A stretch of DNA of 64,000 bases from Terriglobia bacterium (GCA_965223005.1 CBDCVK010000010.1:1606324-1670323); one strand, 5' to 3'; numbered from the stretch's first letter, positions 20,306-29,477 are shown. Notes: a model not told the origin generated them from the letters alone. Numbers and translations: made by a program.

Positions 20306-21106
20306 ATGCGAAACGCAAAGCTATTGTGGTTCTTGATTGTGGTGCTGGCGCTGGGGATCGCTGGCTGCGCCACGAAGGAAGAAGCCCCACCCGCCCGAGA
20401 AGCGGTGGAGGCGCAACCGCCACCCACGCCGATTGACCCGGCCACCGTCGGTTCCATCACCGGCAAAGTCAGCTTCGACGGATCGAAACCCAAGGGTCGG
20501 GTGATCCGCATGGATGCGGAGCCGGACTGCAAGCGCCTGCACAGCAGCCCGGTGCGGTCCCAGGAAGTGATCGTGAACAAGAACGGGACGTTGCTGAATG
20601 CCCTCGTCTACGTAAAGCAGGGCTTGAGCAACTACAGCTTTGAAACCCCCAAGACTCCTGTGACCATGGATCAGGAGGGCTGCATCTACAGTCCTCACGT
20701 CATTGGCGTGCAAACCGGGCAGGAAATCCATGTTTTGAACAGCGACCCCACCACCCACAACATTCACCCCCTGCCCAAGAACAACCGGGAATGGAACGTG
20801 TCGCAGCCGCCCGGGGCGGACAAGATTGTGCAGAGCTTCCCGCGGGAAGAGCTGCTGATCCCGGTCAAGTGCAACGTGCACCCTTGGATGCGCAGCTACA
20901 TCGCGGTGCTCAAGCACCCCTTCTTCGCAGTGATCGGCGAGGAAGGCACCTTTGAATTGAAAGGGCTGCCGCCAGGAGAATACGTAGTTGCCGCCTGGCA
21001 CGAAAAGTATGGAACCCAAGAACAGAAAGTAGCGCTGGGACCCACGGAAGCTAAGAGCGTCGACTTCGCTTTCCCGGAAGCGGCCACGACAGCGGGTGGC
21101 CTGTAG
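20306..21106 (+). CDS. Lipoprotein with cupredoxin-like and carboxypeptidase-regulatory-like domains
   Basis: Lipobox IAGC. Candidate copper ligands HNIH and CNVHPWM. C-terminal GTFELKGLPPGEY. Confidence 0.8.
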   Translation: MRNAKLLWFLIVVLALGIAGCATKEEAPPAREAVEAQPPPTPIDPATVGSITGKVSFDGSKPKGRVIRMDAEPDCKRLHSSPVRSQEVIVNKNGTLLNALVYVKQGLSNYSFETPKTPVTMDQEGCIYSPHVIGVQTGQEIHVLNSDPTTHNIHPLPKNNREWNVSQPPGADKIVQSFPREELLIPVKCNVHPWMRSYIAVLKHPFFAVIGEEGTFELKGLPPGEYVVAAWHEKYGTQEQKVALGPTEAKSVDFAFPEAATTAGGL

Positions 21107-21116
21107 ACTGCACTAA

Positions 21117-22100
21117 ATGCGCCACTGCTCACACAGTCTTTGGTTGCACAGGTACGCGGTCCTGGTGGCCGGCGCCACCTTCCTGCTGATTCTCGCCGGG
21201 GCCCTGGTCACCAGTAACGACGCCGGCCTGGCAGTGCCCGACTGGCCCTTGTCCTATGGAGGGTTGACGCCGCCCATGGTCGGGGGCATCTTCTACGAGC
21301 ACGGCCACCGGCTGGTAGCGGCCACCGTAGGACTGATGACCATCGGCCTGGCAGTCTGGTTGTGGCGGCGCGAGCCCCGGCGCTGGGTTCGCCTGTTGGG
21401 ATGGGCGGCCCTAGGGACGGTGGTTGTCCAGGGAATTCTCGGCGGAATCACCGTGCTGTACTACCTTCCGCCTGCCGTCTCGATCGCGCATGCCTGCCTG
21501 GCACAATTCTTTTTCTGCTGCACGGTCAGCCTGGCTGTCTTTACTTCGCCTTCTTGGGTGAACTCCGGATGGGCCGGAGCCGGGTCCGCAGGTGAGTCCG
21601 AAGAAGATCGCGGCGCATCCCTGTTTGGCCTGGCCGTAGCCACGGCACTCGCGGTGTATAGCCAGTTGGTCCTGGGGGCAGCCGTGCGGCACGCCGTGCT
21701 GGGCATCTGGCCTCACATTTTCGGGGCGGCGGTCGTGGCGGCTTTGGGATTTGCAACCGTGGCACGAGTGTTCCGGCCCCGGGACTCGGACCCGCACCTG
21801 CTGCGCCGCCCCGCGGCCCTGGTGGCGGTCCTGGTGCTCATCCAGATGGGTTTAGGCTTGGGCTCGTATTTGGTGAAATACGAGGCCGAGCGGGTTCAGC
21901 CTCTCCCGCTGGACGTCGCCATCAGCAGCGCGCACGTGGCCTTCGGTGCGCTGTTGCTGGCTGCCAGCCTGGTACTGGCGCTCCGAGCGCATCGCCTGCG
22001 CGGCCAGGTTAGAGACCAAGTTAGAGAAACGAACCAGGGTCGGGTGCTGGCCCTGTCCCCCGCCCTGTCCACCGAAGAAGTGCCCGAGAACGCGGTATGA
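21117..22100 (+). CDS. ctaA: Heme A synthase (COX15/CtaA family)
   Basis: GALVTS..AGLAVPDWP, EHGHR, QGILGG.TV and conserved His residues in later helices. Confidence 0.9.
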   Translation: MRHCSHSLWLHRYAVLVAGATFLLILAGALVTSNDAGLAVPDWPLSYGGLTPPMVGGIFYEHGHRLVAATVGLMTIGLAVWLWRREPRRWVRLLGWAALGTVVVQGILGGITVLYYLPPAVSIAHACLAQFFFCCTVSLAVFTSPSWVNSGWAGAGSAGESEEDRGASLFGLAVATALAVYSQLVLGAAVRHAVLGIWPHIFGAAVVAALGFATVARVFRPRDSDPHLLRRPAALVAVLVLIQMGLGLGSYLVKYEAERVQPLPLDVAISSAHVAFGALLLAASLVLALRAHRLRGQVRDQVRETNQGRVLALSPALSTEEVPENAV

Positions 22101-22999
22101 GAAGCATTCTCCAGACGTGGAAGCTAGACGTGGCGGCCGAGCGTAGCCGGCTGGCCGACTACCTGGAGCTTTCCAAGCCCGAAGTGACCTCGTTGATCCT
22201 AGTCGCGACGGCGGTGGGCTTTTGCGCTGCTTCGTCCGGCCAGTTTCGGGCGGATCTACTTGCGCATACTCTGTTAGGGACACTCTTGGTGGCGGCGGGG
22301 ACCGCGGCACTGAATCAGTTCTTCGAGCGGGATGCCGACGCCCGGATGCGCCGGACGGATCAGCGCCCGCTGCCCGCCGGACGGATGGCTCCCGGCCGCG
22401 CCCTCGCCTTTGGCGTGGCGACTGGAGCTGCCGGCGTCTTCTATCTGGCCACGACCACGAACCGCCTGGCCGCCGGGCTGGCATTGCTGACCATGCTCAG
22501 CTATTTGCTCCTGTACACGCCTCTGAAAGCGAAAACACCCGCCAGCACCACGGTTGGCGCGTTCCCTGGCGCGGCTCCGCCACTGATTGGCTGGGCGGCC
22601 GCGACGGGCGAGTTGAGCTTGGGGGCCTGGGTCCTCTATGCCATCCTGTTCCTCTGGCAGTTTCCGCATTTCCTGGCCATTGCCTGGATGTACCGCGAGG
22701 ACTACCGCCGCGCCGGCTTCCTCGTGCTGCCGGTATTGGAGCCGAATGGGGTGAGCACCGCCCGCCGGGTAGTGTTCTGCCTGCTCGTTCTGCTGCCAGT
22801 GAGCCTGCTCCCCAGCCTGGTCGGCATGGCGGGGCCGCTTTATCTTGCTGGAGCGCTCCTGCTCGGCCTGGCTTTCTTTTACTTCGGGCTGCGCCTGGCG
22901 CAGACACGCACGCTGGTCGAGGCGCGGCGACTCCTGCACGCCTCGGTCGCGTACCTGCCTTTGCTGTACGGGCTACTGCTGGTAGATCGAGGGTCGTAG
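22097..22999 (+). CDS. cyoE: Protoheme IX farnesyltransferase (heme O synthase)
   Basis: LSKP, NQFFERDADARMRRT..RPLPAG, YTPLK, GA.PPLIGWAA, WQFPHF.AIAW.YREDY. Confidence 0.95.
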   Translation: MRSILQTWKLDVAAERSRLADYLELSKPEVTSLILVATAVGFCAASSGQFRADLLAHTLLGTLLVAAGTAALNQFFERDADARMRRTDQRPLPAGRMAPGRALAFGVATGAAGVFYLATTTNRLAAGLALLTMLSYLLLYTPLKAKTPASTTVGAFPGAAPPLIGWAAATGELSLGAWVLYAILFLWQFPHFLAIAWMYREDYRRAGFLVLPVLEPNGVSTARRVVFCLLVLLPVSLLPSLVGMAGPLYLAGALLLGLAFFYFGLRLAQTRTLVEARRLLHASVAYLPLLYGLLLVDRGS

Positions 23000-23026
23000 T
23001 GTAGGTTCCGGAAGCCCCTAGAAACG

Positions 23027-23335
23027 ATGTGGGAAACGATCATCCTGCTGGCGATTTACCTGGTGCTTGGCCTGCTCTGCCTCGCGGTGGCCGGGTGGGG
23101 TGTGGTCACTGGCCAGTTCCTCGATGTGGACGGGCTTTTCCTGGTGCTCGTGTGCCTGAGCTTGGCAGTGGTCTTTCTCGCCGCGTTCGCCCTTGCCATC
23201 CGGCGTGGTGAATTCGCAGCCGTGATGAAAGGCTTGCGGCGCTCCCAGGCGGCTACCTTGCCCGAAACTCCAGGGCCCGAAGCTCCCGGACAAGCTGAAG
23301 CAACCAACCCTTCGCGGCAGCAAGCTAACCAGTAA
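23027..23335 (+). CDS. Small two-TM hypothetical membrane protein
   Basis: Two hydrophobic helices, co-oriented within the operon. Confidence 0.7.
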   Translation: MWETIILLAIYLVLGLLCLAVAGWGVVTGQFLDVDGLFLVLVCLSLAVVFLAAFALAIRRGEFAAVMKGLRRSQAATLPETPGPEAPGQAEATNPSRQQANQ

Positions 23336-23353
23336 GCCACCATAGCGGCCCCG

Positions 23354-23782
23354 ATGTTCTCCATTCCCCAATGGCCCGCGCTGAACGCCAGCCTCAATGC
23401 CTTAAGTGCGCTGCTGCTGGCCGCCGGCTACTTCTTCATCCGTCGCAAGCGAATCGCCATCCACCGCTTCTTCATGGGGGCCGCGTTTCTGACTTCATCC
23501 CTGTTTCTGGCTTCCTATCTGGGTTACCACTACTTTGTGGGCGCCACTTCGTTTTCGGGGCGGGGCTGGATCCGCCCGGTTTACCTTTCCATCTTGCTGT
23601 CGCACACCGTGCTGGCCGCGCTGACGCTGCCTCTGGTGATTGTCACGCTGTCCCGCGCCCTGCGCGGGCAGTTCGACCGGCACCGGCGGATTGCTCGCTG
23701 GACGCTGCCAATCTGGTTTTACGTCTCCGTCACCGGAGTGATCATCTACGCGATGCTGTACCACCTGTATCCCTCGCGCTGA
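23354..23782 (+). CDS. DUF420 (CtaM/YozB-like) membrane protein
   Basis: NASLN, HRFFM, FLASYL.YH, ILLSH, HRRIARWT.PIWFYVSVTGV. Confidence 0.92.
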   Translation: MFSIPQWPALNASLNALSALLLAAGYFFIRRKRIAIHRFFMGAAFLTSSLFLASYLGYHYFVGATSFSGRGWIRPVYLSILLSHTVLAALTLPLVIVTLSRALRGQFDRHRRIARWTLPIWFYVSVTGVIIYAMLYHLYPSR

Positions 23783-23890
23783 AGCCTGGGGGAAACCCGC
23801 GGGAGAACCGCTGGTTCGACGCGCGAACGTGAGCCAGTCTCTACCGCACACAACTCCCTTGAGTCAGAAGCGGCATGTATAATGTCGATT

Positions 23891-24358
23891 ATGCCCAAGG
23901 AGGCCAGGAGGAAATTGGAGGAAGAAATCCGGCGAATTGAGCATGAACTGCGCCACGAGCTGCCCAAGGAACTCAAGACGGCGATCGCCCTGGGGGATCT
24001 CAGCGAGAATGCCGAGTACCACTCCGCCAAGCAGCGCCAGGAGATCCTGAGGGCCCGCCTGGGACAACTGAAGAAACGTCTGAGCGACATCGCCATGGTC
24101 AACCTGTCGAAGATCCCGCGGGACCAGGTGGCCTTGGGCTCACAGGTGCTGCTCTATGACTTGCAGAAGGAGGCCGAGGTTCGCTACAAGCTGGTGATCA
24201 CCGAAGAGTCGGATGTGGCGCAAGGCCTCATCTCCACCACCTCCCCCATCGGACGCGGCCTGGCGGGCAAGCGGGTCGGGGATGCGGTGAAGGTCCAGAC
24301 GCCAGCGGGCGTGAAGGAGTTTGAGATTCTGGAACTCAAGACGATCCACGACGAGTAA
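23891..24358 (+). CDS. greA: Transcription elongation factor GreA
   Basis: GDLSENAEYH.AK and ISTTSPIGRGL.GK.VGD. Start may be 23882 or 23891. Confidence 0.93.
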   Translation: MPKEARRKLEEEIRRIEHELRHELPKELKTAIALGDLSENAEYHSAKQRQEILRARLGQLKKRLSDIAMVNLSKIPRDQVALGSQVLLYDLQKEAEVRYKLVITEESDVAQGLISTTSPIGRGLAGKRVGDAVKVQTPAGVKEFEILELKTIHDE

Positions 24359-24384
24359 CTGCCGGACTCTCCCCAAGCCAGTCC

Positions 24385-25011
24385 ATGTTGACGGTCACCC
24401 GAAGTATCGGACACGCGGCAGGTTTCCTGCTGGATGGCATTCTGCGCGCGCTGGTCCTCTCCCGCATCCCTCCCAATGTCCTGACCGCCGTCGGCCTGCT
24501 GCTGAACATCGCCGCCGCCTGCGCCTTTGGCTATGGCGAATTCCTGCTGGCCGGGCTGATCATGCTGGGGGCATCTTTGTTCGACTTCCTGGATGGTCCG
24601 GTCGCGCGCAAGACGAATCAGGCCACTCCATTTGGAGGTTTCTTTGATTCGGTGGTGGATCGCTACTCGGACCTCGCTCTCTATTTCGGCCTGCTGGTTT
24701 ACTACGCGCGCCTCAACCTGTTCTTCTACGTGGTGCTGGTGGCGCTGGCCATGACCGGTTCGGTCATGGTGTCCTACACGCGGGCCCGGGCAGAGTCTCT
24801 CATCGGCTCCTGCAAGGTCGGCTTCATGGAGCGGCCCGAGCGCATTGTGCTGATGATCATCGGCGCCTTGTTTGACCGCATGGCGCCCGTGCTGTGGGTG
24901 ATTGCCGTGCTGGCTAACGTCACCGTTGTCCACCGCATCATCTACACCTGGCAGAAGACTCGCCAGGCAGCTTCCCCGCCGGCTACCCGGGTCGTGCGCG
25001 CCGGCGACTAG
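24385..25011 (+). CDS. CDP-alcohol phosphatidyltransferase
   Basis: PNVLT, D.LDG.VAR...T.FG.FFDS.VDRY, SY.RARAE, ERPER. Confidence 0.93.
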   Translation: MLTVTRSIGHAAGFLLDGILRALVLSRIPPNVLTAVGLLLNIAAACAFGYGEFLLAGLIMLGASLFDFLDGPVARKTNQATPFGGFFDSVVDRYSDLALYFGLLVYYARLNLFFYVVLVALAMTGSVMVSYTRARAESLIGSCKVGFMERPERIVLMIIGALFDRMAPVLWVIAVLANVTVVHRIIYTWQKTRQAASPPATRVVRAGD

Positions 25012-25019
25012 CCAGGCTC

Positions 25020-25175
25020 CTCCCTCGCGCGGTTGGGAACTCGCGCAGGATTTCCACCATCCCGAAATAGTCCTCCGAACGCATGCAGCCGCGTCCAAGG
25101 CATCCTGTAGCGCCCGCTCACCAGGTCCTTGTAGAAGGGCTGGTGCACGTGCCAGAGGAAACAGACGCGGATCAT
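25020..25175 (-). pseudogene. Remnant N-terminus of a glycoside hydrolase family 57 gene
   Basis: [32 protein letters not shown], then after a frameshift [13 protein letters not shown], then ends against the neighbouring gene. Confidence 0.8.
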
Positions 25176-25203
25176 TGGGTTGGGCCCCGGGTTAGACTTC
25201 GGG

Positions 25204-25542
25204 TTAGGCCTCGGCCGCCGGCGGCCGCAGGGCCGAGTGCAGGTCTTGCTGGAACTTGCCGTAGCGGTCGAGCAGCTCGGGCGTGGCCAGCGCTTCCCTG
25301 CTCTTAGCGACAAAAAAGCTGGCCGCCCCACGTTGGACGAGAAGGCCGATCTGCCCCTCGATGAGGTAGCCGGCCGAGCTGAACTGGCGGATTTCGCCGC
25401 TGCGGGTATATTCGAGTAGCGCTACAAAGCCCTCGCGCTCGGCGGCTACCTGGCGCTCGTAGCGGGGCAGCGTCAGGAATTGAAAGCCAAGGTCACGAAG
25501 TTTCGCCAGCGCTTGGGGCGCCTGCATCTCAGCATCCTTCAC
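25204..25542 (-). CDS. Hypothetical protein
   Basis: 112-aa ORF with protein-like composition, co-oriented with its neighbours. Confidence 0.65.
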   Translation of the reverse strand: MKDAEMQAPQALAKLRDLGFQFLTLPRYERQVAAEREGFVALLEYTRSGEIRQFSSAGYLIEGQIGLLVQRGAASFFVAKSREALATPELLDRYGKFQQDLHSALRPPAAEA

Positions 25543-25908
25543 TGTTCCCTCAACCCTGCCGGCACGTTTTCCCGTCCTGCAGGATCCTCTCTGAAGGCCC
25601 TGGGGACACTTGATGATAGCCCCAACGATTCGCCGTCGCCTGCACCAATACCTTCGAACTACCCCCTCGTCCTGCAGAACGCTCTGAATCTTCGATCACC
25701 CACCTGGGTTCGCCGGTGCTCCCCTTCATACGGGCCGGAGCTAGGGGACCAGCGTTGTCGCCGGAGGTCCAGGCACTACTGAGTCTCATTCTCAGGGTCG
25801 GGCAATACGGAGAGTGTGGAGCCTGCGCCGGCAAAAAAGGCACTACTGCGCCCTAGCGGCGGGTAACCGAGATGTGTGAGCACGACGATGATTTCGTGCC
25901 CGTGAACC

Positions 25909-26979
25909 CTATCTTGAACCCTTGCGCTGGCTCTCCATACCCGCCAGCAGAGCCTGAAGGACGGCCACAGCGGCAGCGGCACCCTCCCCGGTATGCGGGG
26001 GCAAAGGCGCAGGCGGCTCCCCTTGCAGAAGCGTGCGCAGGGCCTCTGGCGTCCGGGCATTAGGCGCGTTGAATGTACGCCCAAACTGGTCGTCGTACAT
26101 CCGGCGGCAGGGCACGAAAATGGCCGGAGTAGCGGTCAGGGCAACTTCGTGGAACAGGTTATAGCCGCCGGCTGCGATGACCAGTTCCACCCGGGGCATC
26201 CAGCTTACCGCCGGGTAGGACTCGGCGGGCCCCAGGATTCGCAATTCTTTGCTGCGCTGGCGAGCGACTTCCTGCGCCACTTCGAGATAGGGTTCACTGC
26301 CTTCGCCCCAGTTCACAAACAGCCATCCGGAGCGGGAACGGGCCGGCGGCACCTCGCGAGCCTCACGCACCGTCACCGGGGGCACATCCACAGTTCGCTG
26401 GCTGAGCGTTTGCAACTCCAGCGCGTCGGCGATGCGCACCGCCAAACGGTAGTGCTGGCCCAGAAACGCGGCCACTTTGAACTGGCGCAGGTAGGAGGGA
26501 TTCAAATAGCGCTGGATTAGCACTGCCGGGCACGGCAACGAAGGTATCAACTCCGCAATTTCTCCCACAATCCCGCGAGGAAACGTGTCCACCACCACCA
26601 GCTTCGGATTGGCCCGGCGCACCGCCCGCTCCAAAAATTGGGGCTCCGGCCCGGGAATTTGTTTGACCGCTACGCCCTGGCGCGAGGCCAGCGGAGCAAA
26701 TGTTGAGTAGGTCACCAGCAGCGCGGAGCGCCGGGTATGCGCTTTCCAGCGACGAAGAATAGCCAGCCCACGGGTCAGCTGTCCTAAGCCGGCACCCGGT
26801 GCGTAATAGAGCAGAGTGACGCCCGGTTCAGCTCGCTGCTTTGTCTGTTTTGAAGGCCTCTTGGACCGGGCCGGTTTTAAAGGCCTCTTGGGCCGGGTCC
26901 GTTTCAATGGCCTCTTAGGGCGGGTCCGTTTCAAAGGCCTTTTCGGGCGGGCCGGTTTCCGTTTGCGGTGCCGTTTCAA
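25909..26979 (-). CDS. GT-B fold glycosyltransferase-like protein with a basic repetitive N-terminal extension
   Basis: Y...GAGLGQLTR, VVVDTFPRG, AAGGYNLFHE, P..RMYDDQ. Confidence 0.75.
   Translation of the reverse strand: MKRHRKRKPARPKRPLKRTRPKRPLKRTRPKRPLKPARSKRPSKQTKQRAEPGVTLLYYAPGAGLGQLTRGLAILRRWKAHTRRSALLVTYSTFAPLASRQGVAVKQIPGPEPQFLERAVRRANPKLVVVDTFPRGIVGEIAELIPSLPCPAVLIQRYLNPSYLRQFKVAAFLGQHYRLAVRIADALELQTLSQRTVDVPPVTVREAREVPPARSRSGWLFVNWGEGSEPYLEVAQEVARQRSKELRILGPAESYPAVSWMPRVELVIAAGGYNLFHEVALTATPAIFVPCRRMYDDQFGRTFNAPNARTPEALRTLLQGEPPAPLPPHTGEGAAAAVAVLQALLAGMESQRKGSR
26849..26956. repeat. Four imperfect 27-bp tandem repeats encoding K/R/P-rich nonapeptides
   Basis: Units start at 26849, 26876, 26903 and 26930. 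Consensus ttYaaaggcctcttNggNcgggYcSgt. Confidence 0.9.
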
Positions 26980-27163
26980 ATGTCTTGCGATCCCCCAGGT
27001 TGAGATTGTCGTGGCGGTATTTGACCCTCACAACGGTTCATGCACTCACAGGCATCGGTGCGCACGTGTTTCATCTGCCTCTTAGCCGGCGCAGTTTAAC
27101 TCACCCGCGCCTGCTGGGAACGCTAATTTCTGCACAAAGCAGATGACCCGAGAAGGTACCAGC

Positions 27164-28075
27164 TCACAACTCTAGAGTTTTCAAGAAGTTGCGCGCCACC
27201 TCCTGAACGTCGCGGTGCTGACCGTCCAGAGCATAATTGAGGCGGCGCATCTGATCCTCGGAAATCGCGTCCTCTAGTTCGGCCAGTGCTTGACGTACAA
27301 CAGGGTGGCGAGCCAGCGTCTGCTGCCGGACGATCGGGACCGCCTCATAGGGTGGGAAGTAGTTCCGGTCGTCTTCGAGCACGGTCAGGTCCAGAGCCTC
27401 AATCAGGCCGTCGGTGGAATTGCCAGCCACCAGGTCCACCTGTTTTTCCTTCAGGGCCCGGTACAACAGCCCCAATTCCATGAGCCGGGGTGCCCTAGCA
27501 AAGCGCAGTCCGTAGGTGCTGGCCAGCCCCGGAAAGCCGTCGGGTCGCTCTAGGAATTCGAACCCAAAGGCGACCCGCCACTGAGGTGCGTACGCCGCAA
27601 TCTGTGAGAGCGACTTCAGTCCCAGGCGCCGCGCATCCTCGCCGCGGATCACGATGGCAAAGGTATTGTTGAACCCCAGCGGCTCGGCCACCTCCAGCCC
27701 GAAGCGCTGGGCATAGACGGCCTTGACTCGCTCGTACGCCTCTTGCTTGCTTGCTGGCGGAGGTTCCTTGAGGATGGCAGTCAGAGCTGTGCCGGTGTAA
27801 TCGACATAAAGATCAATCCGTCCGGCAAGAATGGCCTGGTGGCAGATGTAGGTGCCACTCAGATAAAAGCGTCGTGAGACTTCCAGACCTTTGGACTCCA
27901 GGTGCTGGGCAATCAGCTCGCCCAGAATGACCTGCTCGGTGAAATTCTTGGAACCGACGACCAGACGGTCTTCCCGCGCCGGCCCACATCCAGTCAGCAA
28001 ACACGCGGCCAGGGCAATGAGCCCGAAGCAGCGTCGCATCGTTCCAAGTGGGGTTACCCGGGGGCTCGGAGCCAT
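27164..28075 (-). CDS. Glycine betaine/osmoprotectant ABC transporter substrate-binding lipoprotein (OsmF/OpuCC-like)
   Basis: Lipobox LTGC, GSKNFTEQ, YTGTA, GFNNTFA, LEDDRNYFPPY. Confidence 0.93.
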   Translation of the reverse strand: MAPSPRVTPLGTMRRCFGLIALAACLLTGCGPAREDRLVVGSKNFTEQVILGELIAQHLESKGLEVSRRFYLSGTYICHQAILAGRIDLYVDYTGTALTAILKEPPPASKQEAYERVKAVYAQRFGLEVAEPLGFNNTFAIVIRGEDARRLGLKSLSQIAAYAPQWRVAFGFEFLERPDGFPGLASTYGLRFARAPRLMELGLLYRALKEKQVDLVAGNSTDGLIEALDLTVLEDDRNYFPPYEAVPIVRQQTLARHPVVRQALAELEDAISEDQMRRLNYALDGQHRDVQEVARNFLKTLEL

Positions 28076-28704
28076 TTCTCCACCAGTCCCAGGCCGAGAT
28101 CGGCCGTCAGTGCCAGCAGCGCGGCGGGGATGGCGCCGGCCAGAATCAGCGTGTTGTTGACCATCGCCACACCACGAAAGATATACGTGCCCAAGCCTCC
28201 TGCGCCGACTGCAGCGGCAATCGTGGCCAGGCCCACCGAAATCACCACAGCCACGCGTACCCCGGCAAGGATCACTCCCAACGACAGCGGCAACTGCACC
28301 TGAAAAAGCAGTTGCCGGTCGGTCATCCCCATGCCGCGCCCTGCTTCCACAACGGCCCGATCCACGCCGAGGATGCCGGCGTGGGTGTTACGAATGATCG
28401 GCAGCAGGGCATAGAGAGTCAGGGCAAAGATCGCCAGGCGGTCGGCTCGGTCGCCGAGCCAAGGCATCGGCAGCAGGAAACCGAACAACGCCAAGCTGGG
28501 GATGGTTTGCATGATGTTGGCGCTGCCCAGGATTGGCTTGCTTAAGGCGGGCCAGCGGGTCAGCAGGATGCCCAGCGGCAGACCGACCGCTACAGCCAGC
28601 GCCGTGGAAGCACCCACCAGCCACAGGTGCTCCAGCGTCAGCTCGAACACTTCCGCGCTGTTGCGCTGAAAATATTGGAGCAGCTCATTCACTGTGAACC
28701 TCAA
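28054..28704 (-). CDS. Osmoprotectant ABC transporter permease
   Basis: QTIPSLALFG, EAA loop EAGRGMGMT, GAGGLG. Confidence 0.93.
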   Translation of the reverse strand: MRFTVNELLQYFQRNSAEVFELTLEHLWLVGASTALAVAVGLPLGILLTRWPALSKPILGSANIMQTIPSLALFGFLLPMPWLGDRADRLAIFALTLYALLPIIRNTHAGILGVDRAVVEAGRGMGMTDRQLLFQVQLPLSLGVILAGVRVAVVISVGLATIAAAVGAGGLGTYIFRGVAMVNNTLILAGAIPAALLALTADLGLGLVEKWLRAPG

Positions 28705-29477
28705 CTCCCGGAGATTGTTTTCTCTCCGGCGCCAAAGGCAGCCAGGTACGCGGCCGCCACCGGCTCGGTGGCGTGCACAAAGTCGGCCGCGGTGTACAGG
28801 CCCACCAGGCGGCCGCCCTCCTGCAGCGCGATGCGCGTACCCAGCACTAGGGCTTCGCGCAGGTCATGGGTTACGAACACAATGGTCTTGTTCAGCCGCT
28901 TTTGCAATGCCAGGAATTCACCTTGCATTTCGGCGCGCGTGATCGGATCCAGCGCGCCGAACGGCTCGTCCATCAGCAGAATGGGCGGGTCGGCGGCCAA
29001 GGCGCGCGCCACCCCGACCCGCTGTCGCTGCCCGCCGGAGAGTTCGCGGGGGTAGCGCGTGGCGAATTGCGGATCCAGTCCTACCAGCAGCAGCAGTTCC
29101 CGAACTCGCTTGTTAGCGCGTTCGGCGGGCCAGCCTTCCAGGCTGGGCACCAGGGCGATGTTGCGCTCCACGGTAAAGTGGGGGAACAGTCCGGTTTCCT
29201 GGATCACGTAGCCGATGCCGCGCCGCAGTCGGATCGGATCCCACTCCGTCGTTGGACGGCCCTCCACCCGCACCTCGCCTTCGCTAGGCACCAGCAACCG
29301 GTTTACTAATTTCAGGGTGGTGGTCTTGCCCGAGCCGCTCCGGCCTAACAGAACCAGGGTTTCTCCTCCCCGCACCTGGAGGTCTAACTTGTGCAGCAGC
29401 TCCCGCTTGGGGCCCAAGCGGTAGGAGACTCCGCGGAATTCGATAACGAATTCGTTTCCGGCAGCTGCGGTGTTCAT
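28701..29477 (-). CDS. Osmoprotectant ABC transporter ATP-binding protein
   Basis: GRSGSGKT, LSGGQRQR, LMDEPFGALDPITR, FVTHD. Confidence 0.93.
   Translation of the reverse strand: MNTAAAGNEFVIEFRGVSYRLGPKRELLHKLDLQVRGGETLVLLGRSGSGKTTTLKLVNRLLVPSEGEVRVEGRPTTEWDPIRLRRGIGYVIQETGLFPHFTVERNIALVPSLEGWPAERANKRVRELLLLVGLDPQFATRYPRELSGGQRQRVGVARALAADPPILLMDEPFGALDPITRAEMQGEFLALQKRLNKTIVFVTHDLREALVLGTRIALQEGGRLVGLYTAADFVHATEPVAAAYLAAFGAGEKTISGS

Noticed and set aside
25700-25745. Minus-strand ggcccgtatgaag resembling a SAM-I riboswitch
   Set aside because: The P1 (ATC...GAT) and GCAACC/GTGC core elements are not in the right arrangement, and there is no sulfur-metabolism gene downstream.
26849-26956. 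27-bp repeats with an internal aggcct palindrome as a possible CRISPR array
   Set aside because: The units abut with no spacers, vary like codons, and no cas genes are present.
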